Part shown: positions 25,420-38,767 of the stretch, in pieces | How the letters are laid out: each line of letters begins with the position of its first letter | Numbering within the stretch: position 1 is the first letter of the stretch | The notes under the pieces: model-generated | Database searches by the model: none | What the model was told of the DNA's origin: nothing | The model's input: the letters and a program-made list of their open reading frames with translations, nothing else | DNA from: Eledone cirrhosa | Taxonomy: Eukaryota | Direction: 5' to 3' | Assembly (NCBI GenBank): GCA_964016885.1 | Contig: OZ024740.1 | Coordinates: 203,422,001 to 203,486,000 of the forward strand | Length of the DNA: 64,000 nt | Position numbers and translations under genes: made by a program

Positions 25420-26570
25420 ATGAACTTCTGTGTGCAGATGATCTAACTCTCATAGCTGAATCTATGGCAAAATTAGAGAAGAAATTCCAAACCTGGAAGC
25501 ATGGCCTAGAATCAAAAGGTCTTAAAGTTAACTTGTCAAAGACTAAAGTTCTAGTATGTAGAAAGGAAAATAGGGTCCAGATTCCCTCTGGAAAATGCCC
25601 TTGTTCAGTGTGTGTGTCAAATGCAAGCTATGGTACATAAAAGATGTATTGGAATTGCAGGCGGGCTATCAAAGAACGTAGGTTTTATATATGCAAGTGG
25701 AGTAAGTAGCAAGTGCCCACAGGATACTAGATCCTCCAAATGTCTAGACAGTTCTATAGAAATAGTCGACACCGTTACCTGGGTGACGTAATCAGCAGTG
25801 GAGGAGGGTGTTCTGAAAGTACAGTAGCCAAAATAAGAATGGGATGAGAAAGTTCAGGGAGCTACTACTGCTGTTAGCTACAAGGGCAGATTGTACAATG
25901 CATGTATACAAACAGCAATGTTACATGGTAGTGTGACCTGGGCACTGTGTGCAGAGGACCTGTGAAGATTGGAAAGAAATGAAGCATGTATGCTCTGATA
26001 GATGTGTAATAGTAATATACATAAACAGCAAATCGTAAATGAACTGAGAGAGAAATTAGGCATAAGATTGACCAGATGCAATTTGCTAGAGATGAGATTG
26101 CATTGGTATGGTCATGTGACGTGTATGGAGAATGACAGCTGTATAAAAAGATGCAGGGCAAAATTGATGGAAGCTATGGAGGAGCTTATCACCTGGGATA
26201 AGGTGATAAAAGCTGGTTTTGCGCAGTTGCACCTCTTAAAGACAATGACGCAGAATTGAGATCTTTGGCGTTATGCAGTAATACAGAAGACACTCTTTCC
26301 CATGCACACAGACTCAAACATACATCTAGTATGCACCTCTTACCCGCTACCATACACCTCCCACGCCAAAACATCCACCCACTTTTGTCCACACCACCCT
26401 TACATTGTAAACTTATGTTGGTGTCATAACAAAAAAGCATCCAGCCATAGAAACCTAGCCAGAAACATTTCTATGTGAACAAGACACAGTCACCTGACCC
26501 GGCCTCTAAATGGGACAACCCGTCTAAACCATGCTAGTGTGGAAAATAGAAGTTAAACGATGATGATGAT
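25420..26570 (+). mobile_element. 5'-truncated degenerate RTE LINE
   Basis: ELLCADDLTLIAES...GKCPCSVC, the RTE C-terminus, and a (GAT)n tail. Confidence 0.85.
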
Positions 26571-27160
26571 GTGAGCAATGTGTAAGTTATATTTTCTGAA
26601 GAAAAAGGGGGCAGTAATTTCGAAATTTCAACAATGGTACCTTTTCATATATCATCATCATCATCATCATTTAACGACCGATTTTCCCTGCCAGCAAGAG
26701 TTGGACGGGTCTTGTATGTTCTTGCAATCTACTGAGTGTATTTTATCATGGTACCGGCACTATAAAGTGTCTTTGACACTCCTGACTCTTTATATATATA
26801 TATATATGTATGTAAAAGGTAAACAGAAATAACAACACGATTGGTACAGTGTATGGAAGGAATATATTAGGTTAACGCTTGAAATAGCAGGAAGAGGGTC
26901 TTAACGTTTTGGACGCTAGTCCTTCATCAGAAGAAAGATCCGTATGTGCATGATATGGTCTCCGGATCTCATAAGGTGACAACTTGTCTAACCCATGCAA
27001 GTGTGGAAAAGTGGACATTAAATGATATATATATATATTCATAGACTCATACATATGATGAGACTGGAGCCCCATATCATTAAAATACCCGAGAATCCTC
27101 CTGAGATGCAACCTCTTAAAAGGCCAGCTAAACCTATGTGTGAACTGGAGCAGCAATATA

Positions 27161-28420
27161 CATCATCATTGTTTTTACATCTGTTTTTCCATGACTGAAT
27201 GGGTTGGATGAGTCCTTTTCAACACAGCATCTCTCCACTTGTTGCATTCCTTCATCATCTCTGTGATTCTGTGATTTGAGATCAGGTCTCACCAGCTCTT
27301 TCTTGGTCTACGACACTGCAGCTTCCTTTCACTGGGATTTCCGATCATGATCCATGCGCATCACATATCCGTACCAACATTGGATTCCTCTTAAACCCAG
27401 CTTCTCCCTCAGCTCATCCAAGTTCTACCTTTCTACCACATTTACATTATACATCCATTGAAGCATTGTTGCTTAATTTTCTCCAGTCTACACATGTTCT
27501 CCGCAGTCACATTTCATGTTTCACTACCATGTTGCATCGTACATTGCACACAGGTATCATTGTCGTCCTTTTGTATGTATAGAGAAACCTTTTGTTGTCA
27601 ACAGTGGGAGTAGCTCTCTAAACTTTTTCCATCCTATCATTATTCTCGTTATTATTCTCTTAGAGCACCCTCCTCTGCTGCTAATTAAGTCACTGGAGAA
27701 CTATGATGAGCAGCAGTGGACTAAGATCTGAACCTTGATGAACTCTTACCTGTACCTTAAATTCTTCACTAAATTCACTTCCTACTCTCACTTCACTAAC
27801 AGCTCCTCTCTTCATGACTTGCACTGCTCTCACAAGCCATTCTTCTATGCCAAATTTCCTTAAGGACCACCAGATAATAGATCAAGGTACTCAAAGGCCT
27901 TCTCTAGATCAACAAAAGCTAAATATAGTGGCTTATTCTTAGCTAGAAACTTCTCTTGTAGTTGCCTCACTAGAAAGAAAGCATCTGTAGTACTTTTCCC
28001 AGGCATAAAATCAAACTGTGTCTTATCTATTTTGACTCTTTCTCTAATTAATTGCACTATAACACTATCCCTCACTTTCATGACTTGATCCATTAGTTTT
28101 ATTGCTCTTTTCTAGAGCATCACCTTTGCCTATGTAGCAATTGTATTGCTGTGCCAGTTCAACTCCTGATGCTTTTAGCATCTCAGCAGTTATCTCTGAT
28201 GGTCCTGTAGCTTTACCATTCTTCATCTCTGATTGCTTCTTTGACCCTGTAACTTTCAACTTCAATAGCTGGTCCTTCTGTTGGGTAAATTTGGAGTAGT
28301 TTCTCTTCCTCCCATTCATTCTCTACATTTATCAGTCTCTCATAGTAACATTTCCAGGCCACTTTCTTTTGAACATCAATGGTTCTAAATGCACCAGTGT
28401 CATTTCTAATACTTTTCCTT
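27161..28420 (-). mobile_element. Degenerate RTE LINE (older subfamily)
   Basis: MDQVMKV..QLIRERVKID..QFDFMPGKSTTDAFFLVRQLQEKFLAKNKPLYLAFVDLEKAF and KNGKATGP motifs; GATGATG tail near 27161. Confidence 0.82.
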
Positions 28421-28721
28421 AATAACATAAAATCTGAGCATAAGACAATTCAGATGTTGCATGCAGGAGAGAAGATTGCACTGGTATGGATATGTAATGT
28501 GTATGGATGATGATTGCTGGGTGAAAAAATGCTGAGAGTTTCAACTGGGCACAGGTTGTGAAAGCCAATTTTATGAAACTTCACAATACAAAATAAATGA
28601 GGAAAGATTTCAATGGAGAGATGCTGTACTCGAGAGGACTTGTATAACACATGCAAGCATGGAAAAACATAAAATTAATGCTGATGATGTATACATATAT
28701 ATCATAATGCAAATGTATATA

Positions 28722-29050
28722 GCTTAGTGGTTAGAGCATTGGCCTTGTAATCGAAAGGTTGTGAGTTCAATTCTCAGACCGGGTGATGTGTTGTTTCCTT
28801 GAGCAACACACTTTATTTCACATTGCTCCAGTTTACTCAGCTGTAGAAATGAGATGATAGGGACTGGGGTCCCTATTATTCCACTGTAAAGTGGTCGTGG
28901 AGGTGCCACGGCAAAAAAGCACCCAGCACTCACTGTAAATGAGGTTGGTGTTAGGAAGGGCATCCAGCTGTAGAAATCAAGCCAGAATCAGTTCCCGTCC
29001 CATCCTTGCAAGCAGGGAAAAAGCGGACGTAAAAATGAAATGATGAAAAA
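28722..29050 (+). mobile_element. tRNA-derived SINE family A
   Basis: A and B boxes, CORE-like segment and RTE-like tail ending in ATGAA repeats. Confidence 0.82.
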
Positions 29051-29310
29051 TGATATGTGTCACCATTAGCATTTCCTGGTGTTAAAAATTTAATCCAAAC
29101 TAAAGAAATGCCAAAATCAAAGACACCTGGATTGAGATTAAAGGAGTCTGAATCAGTTGTACATTTCAACATCCAAAGCCTCACTTAGTTCACTGGTCCT
29201 CTCACTTCTAGGGGAAAAATCATGTCATCACAACTCCATTATTTGATGTTAATACTAAAAACATCTTGGATTAAAACTATATGTTGAAAACAACAGTTTT
29301 TAATGAAACG

Positions 29311-29372
29311 CCGAAGTTAAGCATTATCAAATCTAGTTAGTACTTAGATGGGTGACCTCTTGTGAAACCTAG
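29311..29372 (+). pseudogene. 5S rRNA-derived fragment (internal control region)
   Basis: CCGAAGTTAAGCA...CTAGTTAGTACTTAGATGGGTGACC matches the 5S A box, intermediate element and C box (GAAGCTAAGCA..CTGGTTAGTACTTGGATGGGAGACC). The 5' half is absent. Confidence 0.7.
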
Positions 29373-32300
29373 TAACAATACCCTTATAACATGTGACTGG
29401 CAGAACACCTCTCCCTGTCACAATATCTGAATCATGTGACCAAGATTCTGGTTGCTAAGATGGTGCAACTCAAGAAAGGGAGATAATTTCAAGAAATCAG
29501 AAATGTTTCTCAGTTGATATACATACTATTGAAAAGTCAGTCTCGTGTGTGTATGTAAATATACAGACATATACATATATGAATCCCGTAGATACAGTAG
29601 AGTGTTGTAGATAAGAACTGAAAAATGTTTATGATTGGAGATTATCCCTGAAATTTGAAGGCTCATATATGACTGTTCAAAATCTCAAAACAGCAAGCAA
29701 GGGAGATAACTCCAACAGTATTAGTTAATCCAAGTTTGGAGAATGACGAGGTTCTTATCTGGCAGTCAGATTTCCATTTTGTTAAATTGTTTGTTTGTCA
29801 TCATCGTCGTTTTACACCTGTCTTTTTATGGTGGAGTGGGTTATTACAAAATAAGTCAGTATTTAATTGGAGTTACTGCCCTAAATATGTTGAAGTATTG
29901 TGTCTTGTTTATACACATTCCAGTATTGGCATGGTTTCTACAGTTGGATGCCAATCATCTGTTGACCTGTCTATCACACATTATTGCAATTCTTATATAT
30001 ATATATATATATATATATAAATTTTTACACATAAACTAAGAGAAAACCCACTCACCCATACAAGCAAGGCACCCAATATGCTTTTGTCAAGCTTCTTCAT
30101 CCACTACATCTGCCATCATTTTTCACTCTATCAAACCTCAATGCACCCCTACGATGCAGTAAGGTATGGTACATTGCAGGTCCTTTCCTCTGCTTATTGC
30201 CCCATTCTTTACAAACTTAATCCTTCCCTCTGACAACTCTGAACACAGTGCTGCTTTGTAACAAAAAGTGCTTGGTTTGATTATACTCCCCACTATCACT
30301 CTTAACCAGTCCCCATTACTATTATCCATGTAATTGTATCTCCATTCCACATCTATCTCCCATCCACTGCTGATCATCAGCCTCTTTTCTCTATACTGTT
30401 TCATCACCTACCCCTATACCTCATAATAATCGAGTATCAAAAGGGACTGGCAAATGAGACTTACATGAACAAGATACCCAAATGTAGATATATTATCCTT
30501 CCCAAGTTCCACTATGTTATGTTCCTTTTGCCATGCTTGCATAGGTGGGTGTGTCTTCTCCCACATTTTATATCACCAATTGTCATAATCCTTTATCCCT
30601 ATATTTATACAGCTCAGCATCATGAGACCAGTCCTCTCTACTTTGTCCCATTCTCATACCCAGTTTCTCTCTTAGCTCATTTCCACTCCATCAGTCATGC
30701 ACAATTTATTATTACCCGATGAAGTTGGTCATACACAAAAATAAAGTCCTATGTGATGAACTGGATTTTTCAGTGTATGTCTCTTTCACTATCGTCTAAG
30801 GTAATGTATTCAGGGTTTTGTCTGTCAGGTCAATGACATTTCCATGACAGTGATTTCTTTAACAAGACATAAAAAAAACTTTGCTGATGGTCATGATTAA
30901 CCCACAGGTAAAGTTGTCAATTAACTTTGATTGTAAAAAGTTAAATAATTAGAGTGTTATGTTGGTAGTATTGGTAGAGTGGTTAGGATGTCTATGTGTG
31001 TATATATATATATATATAATTGTAAGTGGGAAAATCAAATAAGATAAAAAGTTATCTAAATTTACTTCAATGTCCCAATTGCAGTTTTGCTGTGCGAATT
31101 GCAGCTTGGATATTCCAATAATTTAAGATATCCATAGCTGTGAGATCATGGCTTGGTGTCTATCGCTGGATGCCCTTCCTAATGCCAACTACATTTACAG
31201 TCTGTACTGGATGCTTTTTGTCGTGACATCTACTTAACCATTGTACAGTGTGGGCTAGATGCTTTTTGTCATAACACCTACATGACCACTTTACAGTGTG
31301 GATGGCACTTTCTGTCATGGTGTGGATTGGGGACTTAGATGAGGGAGATGCATGGGGGATTGTGGAGGTAAATACAATGAGAGAGGGAAGGTGGTGCATA
31401 TGAGAGGCCAACTCTTCTGTATTGTTGCATAGCACCAGAGATCACGGTCCTGTGATATATATATATTTGGGTGTATAAACACAAGGAAAAAGTGCTCAAT
31501 ACTATAGTAGAGATTAATATATTCTTTAAGTTCAGGCTTGAGTCTTGTTATTCGGTTTTTTCTGTGTACTCCCGGAGTCGTCTATTGACTCTAAAGTCGC
31601 CACCACCTGATGAGACGTTGCCTCCTGCATTCTGAGGAATACAATAGTATCCTGTTTACTCCAAGTACACACATACACATACAGTGTCTAAAAGAGGAGT
31701 GGTCTATCAGTACATCGGTCCAGCTGTGGTGGCAGAGAACGAAGGAGTGGCCCCTGAATATCTGACAACTCCTTCCCCAAAAGAAATTTTTTCAGCCTTT
31801 GAATATGGAGACCCTCCTGATAGCTATCAACGCGGTGTTTCACACTCAACTCCCATTATCCTCACCACAGAACCTAACATGATCTAATTTAGGTCAGATG
31901 TTTCTGACAACAGAAAATATAAATTGGGATTCTTGTGCTTATTGATGTTTGTCTTAGTTGTCTGGTGGGTGGGGTGGAAATAGTTATTTTATTGACATAG
32001 CTACAGTTTGGTGAAAGTCTATTATGGGAACATAATACTTTCAATATTGTATACTTGCATTCTTAAATAGTTTTATTATTATGTACTTTCGATTTGTGTT
32101 GTAATGTCATCACTGCGACTAAAAACTACGAAGAAAAAATTGGTGGATTGGCAGTATCGATAGAGCGTTGGAAAACGGCCCTTTACGTTACATCCAGCTT
32201 AGGTTAGCTTTGCCTTTCATCCTTGCGGGGCCGATTTAATCGACATTCCCCTTTCAATTGCTGGCCTTGTGCCAAAAGTAGACCAAATTAGTTTTCCGTC

Positions 32301-33263
32301 AATATTGTCGTATTCTACATCTTTGTTAAAGTATATTTACAGAATTTTATTTAAAAATATGAATTAAGAAAGTTAAAGATACAAAGATCAGAGGGAGGGT
32401 ACTAAACTGTAGTTACATAATTTTATAGGCGTGTATGGACCTATATGCAAAGACGCCTGGCTTAATGGTTTGGGTGTTCGGCTCACGAACGTAAGGTTAT
32501 GAGCTCGATTCTTGGCGGCTCTTTTATCTTATGTTGCTCAGGTCTATTCAACTAACTGGCTTAGATGAGTTGAACCGAAATGAACAACCTTGTCGCACAC
32601 TGCGTTTGAAGAATGCTCGGCCACTTGCACGTTAATTTCACGAGCGTTCGGTCTAAACCGACAGAGGTCCAACAATAACATATGAACTCGTATATAATGT
32701 TTACGTATAGTTTAACTGAATATTTATACACATTTATTCTGAATCAGGCTGTGTTATTTGCAGTTCAGCAGCAGCATGTTTTTGTAAACAATCGCTTGGG
32801 TGTTGTCACAGGGGACAGAATTCATAAAACTTATTTTCTTAATTGTTGTTCTTCTCGTTGTTATTTAATTATTTATCTCCGCGTGTTTTAATTACGTTTG
32901 TCTTTATACCAAACAAATTAATTGCCGATGTTTTATAAATGTGTAAGTATATACACAAATTCTATGTTTGACGAAGGCAGGATTTTTTAAAACTTTAAGT
33001 GACCTACTTCTAGATAACTTTAGAATAAAAAGTCGTTAAATTCTCTTTCACTTCTCCCCGACTTTTCATATCTCATGTCAGCCATCATTACTACAAAAAT
33101 ACTATCACACAACATTTGTTGTTATTTAATCATGATTGGGAATTTTTCTTAATATTATTTAATTGGGAGGAGCAAGGGAAATATTTTAATGCATGTTCCA
33201 CCAAACGTGAACCTAATATAACTATGTACAATTGCCTCCTGTGTTTTGTTCGTTCATTTTCAA

Positions 33264-33356
<93 letters not shown>

Positions 33357-34780
33357 GTGTGTGTAAGTGTATGCACATATATGTTTATCATCATCATCGT
33401 TTTTAGGTCAACTTTTCCATGATGGCACGTCTTGGGCGCTAACCCTTCTAGTAGCTTAGACATGCAGATACGATGTACCTATTCTAACCCGGATACACTT
33501 GCGCGCGCGTATTGGTAATAGGAAAAGCATCTAGCCATAGAAAACCTGCTAATAAAAGGGGCAGAAGGGCTCTTCAGCTGTGTCAATATTCCTAGTGCTG
33601 CTACTACGATAAAATGCACTTGGTAGAAGGCAATCACGTATGTGAGATGTAAGCCTCTAGCCTGTCTAAGAGAGTAGCAGCTCTGCTTGAGTACTGATTC
33701 GGTCTGTAATTAATCTTCTAACTCTTGCTAACAGGGAAAACCCGGTGTTAAATTATATACATAGGTTGTACGTCTCTCACAGGCCACTCATCTACACTCT
33801 ATTTCTTTAAGGACCACCAGATGACTGATCATGGTACTCTATCAAAGGCTTTCTCCAGATCAACGAAAGCGAGATATATTGGTTTACACTTAACTAGGAA
33901 CTTCTCTAGTAGAAGAGAATATCTCACTAGCAAGCTGAGATCAAATTAAAGCTTGAAAAAATAGCATAATTCAAAATAAAATTAAACTTTACAAATGCAA
34001 AGTGTTAAGAGGACTCATCAGTTCTATCAAGGGTACAATAACCTGTTTAGTGTTAGTGACACAATAAAGGTACCCAGTACACTCTTTAAAATGGTTGGCG
34101 ATAGGAAAGGCATCAAGCTATAGAAAACTTGTCAAAGAGTCTGGAGACTCTTCAGGTATGTCAGACATGACAACCTCCCTAGTGTTGATGCCACAATAAA
34201 ATACACCCAGTGCACTCTGTATAGTGTAGTAACATTCACAAGCAAGATGCAAATCTGATGCCTATCTGTGAGGTAATTAGCTTACTGATTTGTTCTGTGG
34301 TAGCCCATCAAATCTTTGCCAACAGGTAAAACAAATGTTAAATCATTGTGATGATGATGATTTCTATACAAAAATAGCACTGCCGCTCTAAATCCCTCTA
34401 ACCCTAGTTAGCTTCTGATTTATATATATATATATATATGTAAATGTGGTTGGTTTTAGGAAGGACATCCGACTGTAAAAAAAACCCTGCCAAACACGCT
34501 TGTGTGAGAGCGAGACATGGTCTCCCGACCATTCCCGCATCAAATGGAACAAAACCATCTAACCCATGCTAGCGTGGAAGATGGACGTTAAATGAAGATG
34601 ATATATATATATTTTTTTTCCTACAAATTAGTCCTTTTAGTTAAAATTTGCGATAATTTTCAAAATTTATTTGAAAATAGGGGCCGTACATTTCGCCAGA
34701 AATATGGTGCTAAGAGGGTTAATTTAGGTTGTCACAAAGGACATGCCTATTTCATTTCTCAGTCCACTATGAAAAGTGAA

Positions 34781-34803
34781 TCTCTCTCTCTCTCTCTCTC
34801 TCT

Positions 34804-34847
<44 letters not shown>

Positions 34848-34851
34848 GGGG
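34781..34851. repeat. (TC)12(GA)16 self-complementary microsatellite followed by a G15 run
   Basis: Read directly from the sequence. Confidence 0.9.
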
Positions 34852-35224
34852 TTAAGTGTTATTCTAAATATCAGGAGGCTACAGCTCCACTTTATTTATA
34901 ATGTTAATTGATATTGCCAGTTGGTATGGTATAAAGAATTTCTATTTCTCACCATCCCCCTTTAGTTATTTAAAGGAGCTGCCGCTGATTTGATTGAGCT
35001 TTTGAAAACTAGCATTCTAAAAATAGATTCTTTTTTTCCTTTCATTTCACTGATAGAATGCTTTCTCTACTACAGAAATGGTACTGCCTTAAATGAAATC
35101 ATAACATTGTTGTAATTTATGGTCTCCTTCATACATTGCATTCCTGGCTTTCATGTGAAACAAAACGACCCATATTGAAGGGTTCCTATTTAAAATAAAA
35201 TATTTCAACATAATTTTAGAACCA

Positions 35225-35572
35225 TTCATTCATTCATTTTCATTTCATTTTACGTCTGCTTTTTCCCTGCTTGCAAGGGTGGGACGGGAACTGATTCTGG
35301 CTTGATTTCTACAGCTGGATGCCCTTCCTAACACCTACCTCATTTAGAGTGAGTGCTGGGTGCTTTTTTGCCGTGGCACCTCCACGACCACTTTGCAGTG
35401 GAATGATATGGACCCCAGTCCCTATCATCTCATTTCTACAGCTGAGTAAACTGGAGCAATGTGAAATAAAGTGTGTTGCTCAAGGAAACAACACATCACC
35501 CAGTCTGAGAATTGAACTCATAACCTTTCGATTGCAAGGCCAATGCTCTAACCATTAAGCGATGTGCCTCCA
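35225..35572 (-). mobile_element. tRNA-derived SINE family A, full length
   Basis: Same organisation as 1-252 and 28722-29050. Confidence 0.82.
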
Positions 35573-37695
35573 TATATTAAGTTACTATCTTTGTCATGAA
35601 ATAATTAGTAATTTTAGTAAATCCCTCAAAATTAATTAAAATAGAGTGTATTTCATTAGAAATACGGTTGTGGAAGGGTTAAAAACTCATATGAGACAGT
35701 AAGCACAATTGATAATTATAGAACTGAACATGTTGAACTTTGAGGATTTTTTTGTTTCTATGTTTTGATTTACTATACTTTGGTTTGATGACATTTGGAT
35801 CATGAATTCTGTTTTAGGCCATAACAATAAGGGTTACAGGTGAAAAGGGAAGGAGCTATGTTGTTAGCTGTTTCAGTTATATGCTCTTGTTGTCTTTACG
35901 GTTGGGGTTGGCAGAATGGTTAGTGTGTCAAATTCCACAGAAGTCAACTTTGCATTTCACTCTTCCAAGTTTGATATACCAATCAATTGGGGTCAATTTA
36001 ATCAATAAATATAGATATATATTCCAAGGTCTTACATACAATCTATTCATTTGAATGTGATATATAGATTTTGAGTAAATGTATTTTATTGCACAATACA
36101 ATTTTCCAACTAATCATACGGCAATGAGTCGTGTAACTGATATTGGTTGATAAAGAGTGAGAGACTAATTCTGTGATATCCTGTTTTGAAACATATAAAA
36201 TGTGGCAACTGTATATCACCAACATTTAGCATCTATTTTCTATGTTTGCATGGGTTAGATGGGCTATATTCAAGACCAGTCAGGTCTAAAACATGGAATG
36301 TTTTGTTCATACCTGCCATGTGTGGACTGGGCGTTTTTTGTTGTAGCACCAAAACGACTTTACAGTGTTGACTGTGTACTTTTTGCAGTGTGGGCAGGGT
36401 GCTTTTTGAGGTGACACCAGAACTGCCACTTTGCAATGTCGACGAAGTGCTTTTTGTTGCTACACCAATGTGATAGCTTTAATGTGGATTGGGTGCTTGG
36501 CACCAAAACGGCCACTTTTTGTTGTTACCATCATGACCCTTTTACAGGTTGGATTGGTGCTTTTGTTGTGACTCCATCATAGACACATTACATGGTGGAC
36601 TGGGCACTTTTATTATGTGCCCAACTTGCCTACACAATAGGGTAGGCTGTGCACTTTCTTCATTTATATAAACACACACACATGAATATATTCCAAGTGA
36701 TGACTGCTGTTCATTTAAAACAAAGGATATATAATGGAGTTTGTTTCCATTTAATAATGTCTACAATGTAATTGAAATAACTTGAACATTTTAAATTACT
36801 TGAGATTATTTTGATATATTGATGTCTTTTCCACTTACAGTTGTTTGTGTATAACATTAGTTGAACTTATGTTTCATTGTTGGCACAAGCATGGTTGTGT
36901 GGTTAAGATGTTCACTTTGCAACCATGTGGTTTGGGCTCTTTTCTCTTGGTTATGTCTTCAACTATAAGCCTTGAACCAACCAATGCTTTGTGAGTGAAT
37001 TTGGTAGACAAAACTGGAAGAAAGGTTGTTGCGTGTGTATGTATGTATATATATACATATATATATCACACCTCTTGTACCCTTCACTTTGGTGCCCAAG
37101 TCAGACCTTTCGAATACCTCCCTCTACTTATCTTCCTCCTCCCAACCCCCTTTTCCCACCCTTCACACACTACTCATACCTCTACTTAGTCTCTCCTTAT
37201 CCGAACTTTCCTGAAGAAGGACTTCTATTCAAAATGTTGAACCCTCCTCCACTTCCTCCAAGCGTGAGCCTTATATAACTGTGTACTTTTGCATTTCTGT
37301 GTTTGTTTTGTTTCATTTTGTTTCATACACATACATACAGACACACTCATAGATAGATATATGGTTGGGAGGAATTTTTAGTTGTGTTACGGCTATGACA
37401 ACATCTCTAGCATTGGAAATCTACATAATAAATGCATCCATTACACTCTTTAAATTGATTGGTGACAGGAAGGGCATCCGGCCATAGAAAACCTAGTACT
37501 AGTGTCATGATAAAAGGCACTCTGTAGAGTGTGGGAACATATGTAAGCAAGATGTGGACTGCCTAACCCATCTGAGAGATCAGTAGCTCCAAATAAGTAC
37601 TAACTTGGTCTGTGATGACGCCTGCTCCAACCAATAGCAGCATGGAAAAGTCAACATAAAAATGATGATGATGGTGATATATATATATGTGTGTG

Positions 37696-37811
37696 TGTAA
37701 AATCCCAACTGCGGTGCCAAGCAGTTTCAGCTTGTGTGTTCAGCAAGCCTTTTTCAAAGTTTGCTGAACACACAACCTTAAATCGTTTGGTGCCGCGGTT
37801 GGGATTTTACA
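37696..37811. repeat. Fold-back inverted repeat of 116 bp (hairpin or MITE)
   Basis: Arms TGTAAAATCCCAAC...TTGTGTGTTCAGCAA and TTGCTGAACACACAA...GTTGGGATTTTACA around a very short loop. Confidence 0.85.
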
Positions 37812-37904
37812 TATCTCTGTACCCATTCTACATCTCCCCATGTATCGAATACTCACAGGATTAGTGGTCTTCTCAGTCTCAGAACCGCAGACTCTATATA
37901 TATA

Positions 37905-38767
37905 CAGGGTGCGGACGATATTTGTTCGCAAGATTACTGTCTAGGAAAAGTTAACACAGTAGTTTTATTTTTTGAGATATATTTATCAAACTTGGGTCAG
38001 TTTGTCTTCATGACTTGTTCTTTCGATCTCACTCGATAAACTCACCATTGGCTTTGAAGGCGGGCTCGGAACCGGCTACAGGCCTTCATCACTGTCCCCC
38101 GGCTTAGGCCCCTAAAGGCACTTGTGATCCTGGCCTTAAGATCGTCGTTCGTATTGCAGCTAGATCTGTTGGTGTCTCGTTCCACTGCGCCCCACACAAA
38201 GAAGTCAAGGGGGTTGCAGTCAGGCAAGCTGGGAAGCCAGATATCAGGGGAAGTGTGGTCGACGAAGTTCTCTGACAGCCAGGCTTGGGTCTTTCGGCTG
38301 GTATAGCAGGGCGCTGAGTCTTGCTGCCACATGTACGGCCTACCTGCAACTACCTGGTCGATCCAGGGCTTTACTACCTCGCTCAGAACGCGGATGTAGC
38401 CATCGGTGTTCAGCTTGCAACCATCAGGGAAGAAGTGAGGTGGCATGACGACACCTAAGACCAATGTTGTCGCTGGAAACTTTGTCTGCGTGACTCTGGG
38501 CACATCTTTGGATGAGACAGCGAGCCACCTGTTGTTCTGGGAGTTGATCTTCTGGTCTTATTTGTCCTCCCAGCGTGGATTCCAAGAAGAACTCCGTGTC
38601 TCTTCCACAAATTTGGAGGTTCAATATTATTCATAATCAATTATTCTGAAAATAAATAATGGAAATATAGTCACTGTTTTTATGAAGACAAGAGTGACAA
38701 CGGAAGTAAAAAAAATTTGCATAAAATTAGCAGTTGAAAATTGTGAAAAAATATCGTCCGCACCCTG
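37905..38767 (-). mobile_element. Internally deleted Tc1/mariner-superfamily transposon, DD37D (maT family)
   Basis: TIRs CAGGGTGCGGACGATATTT, TA flanks. ORF 38042-38503 has QQDSAP..(37 aa)..CNPLDFFVW; the N-terminal piece is in another frame. Confidence 0.9.

Noticed and set aside
31607-31660. CTGATGA suggesting another hammerhead
   Set aside because: No correctly placed GAAA or helix I/III partner.
31684-31887. 67-aa ORF (SKRGVVYQYIGPAVV...) after a CAG, a possible extra GABPA 5' exon
   Set aside because: No similarity to GABPA, weak polypyrimidine tract and no convincing donor. GABPA already has a homologous start at 43844.
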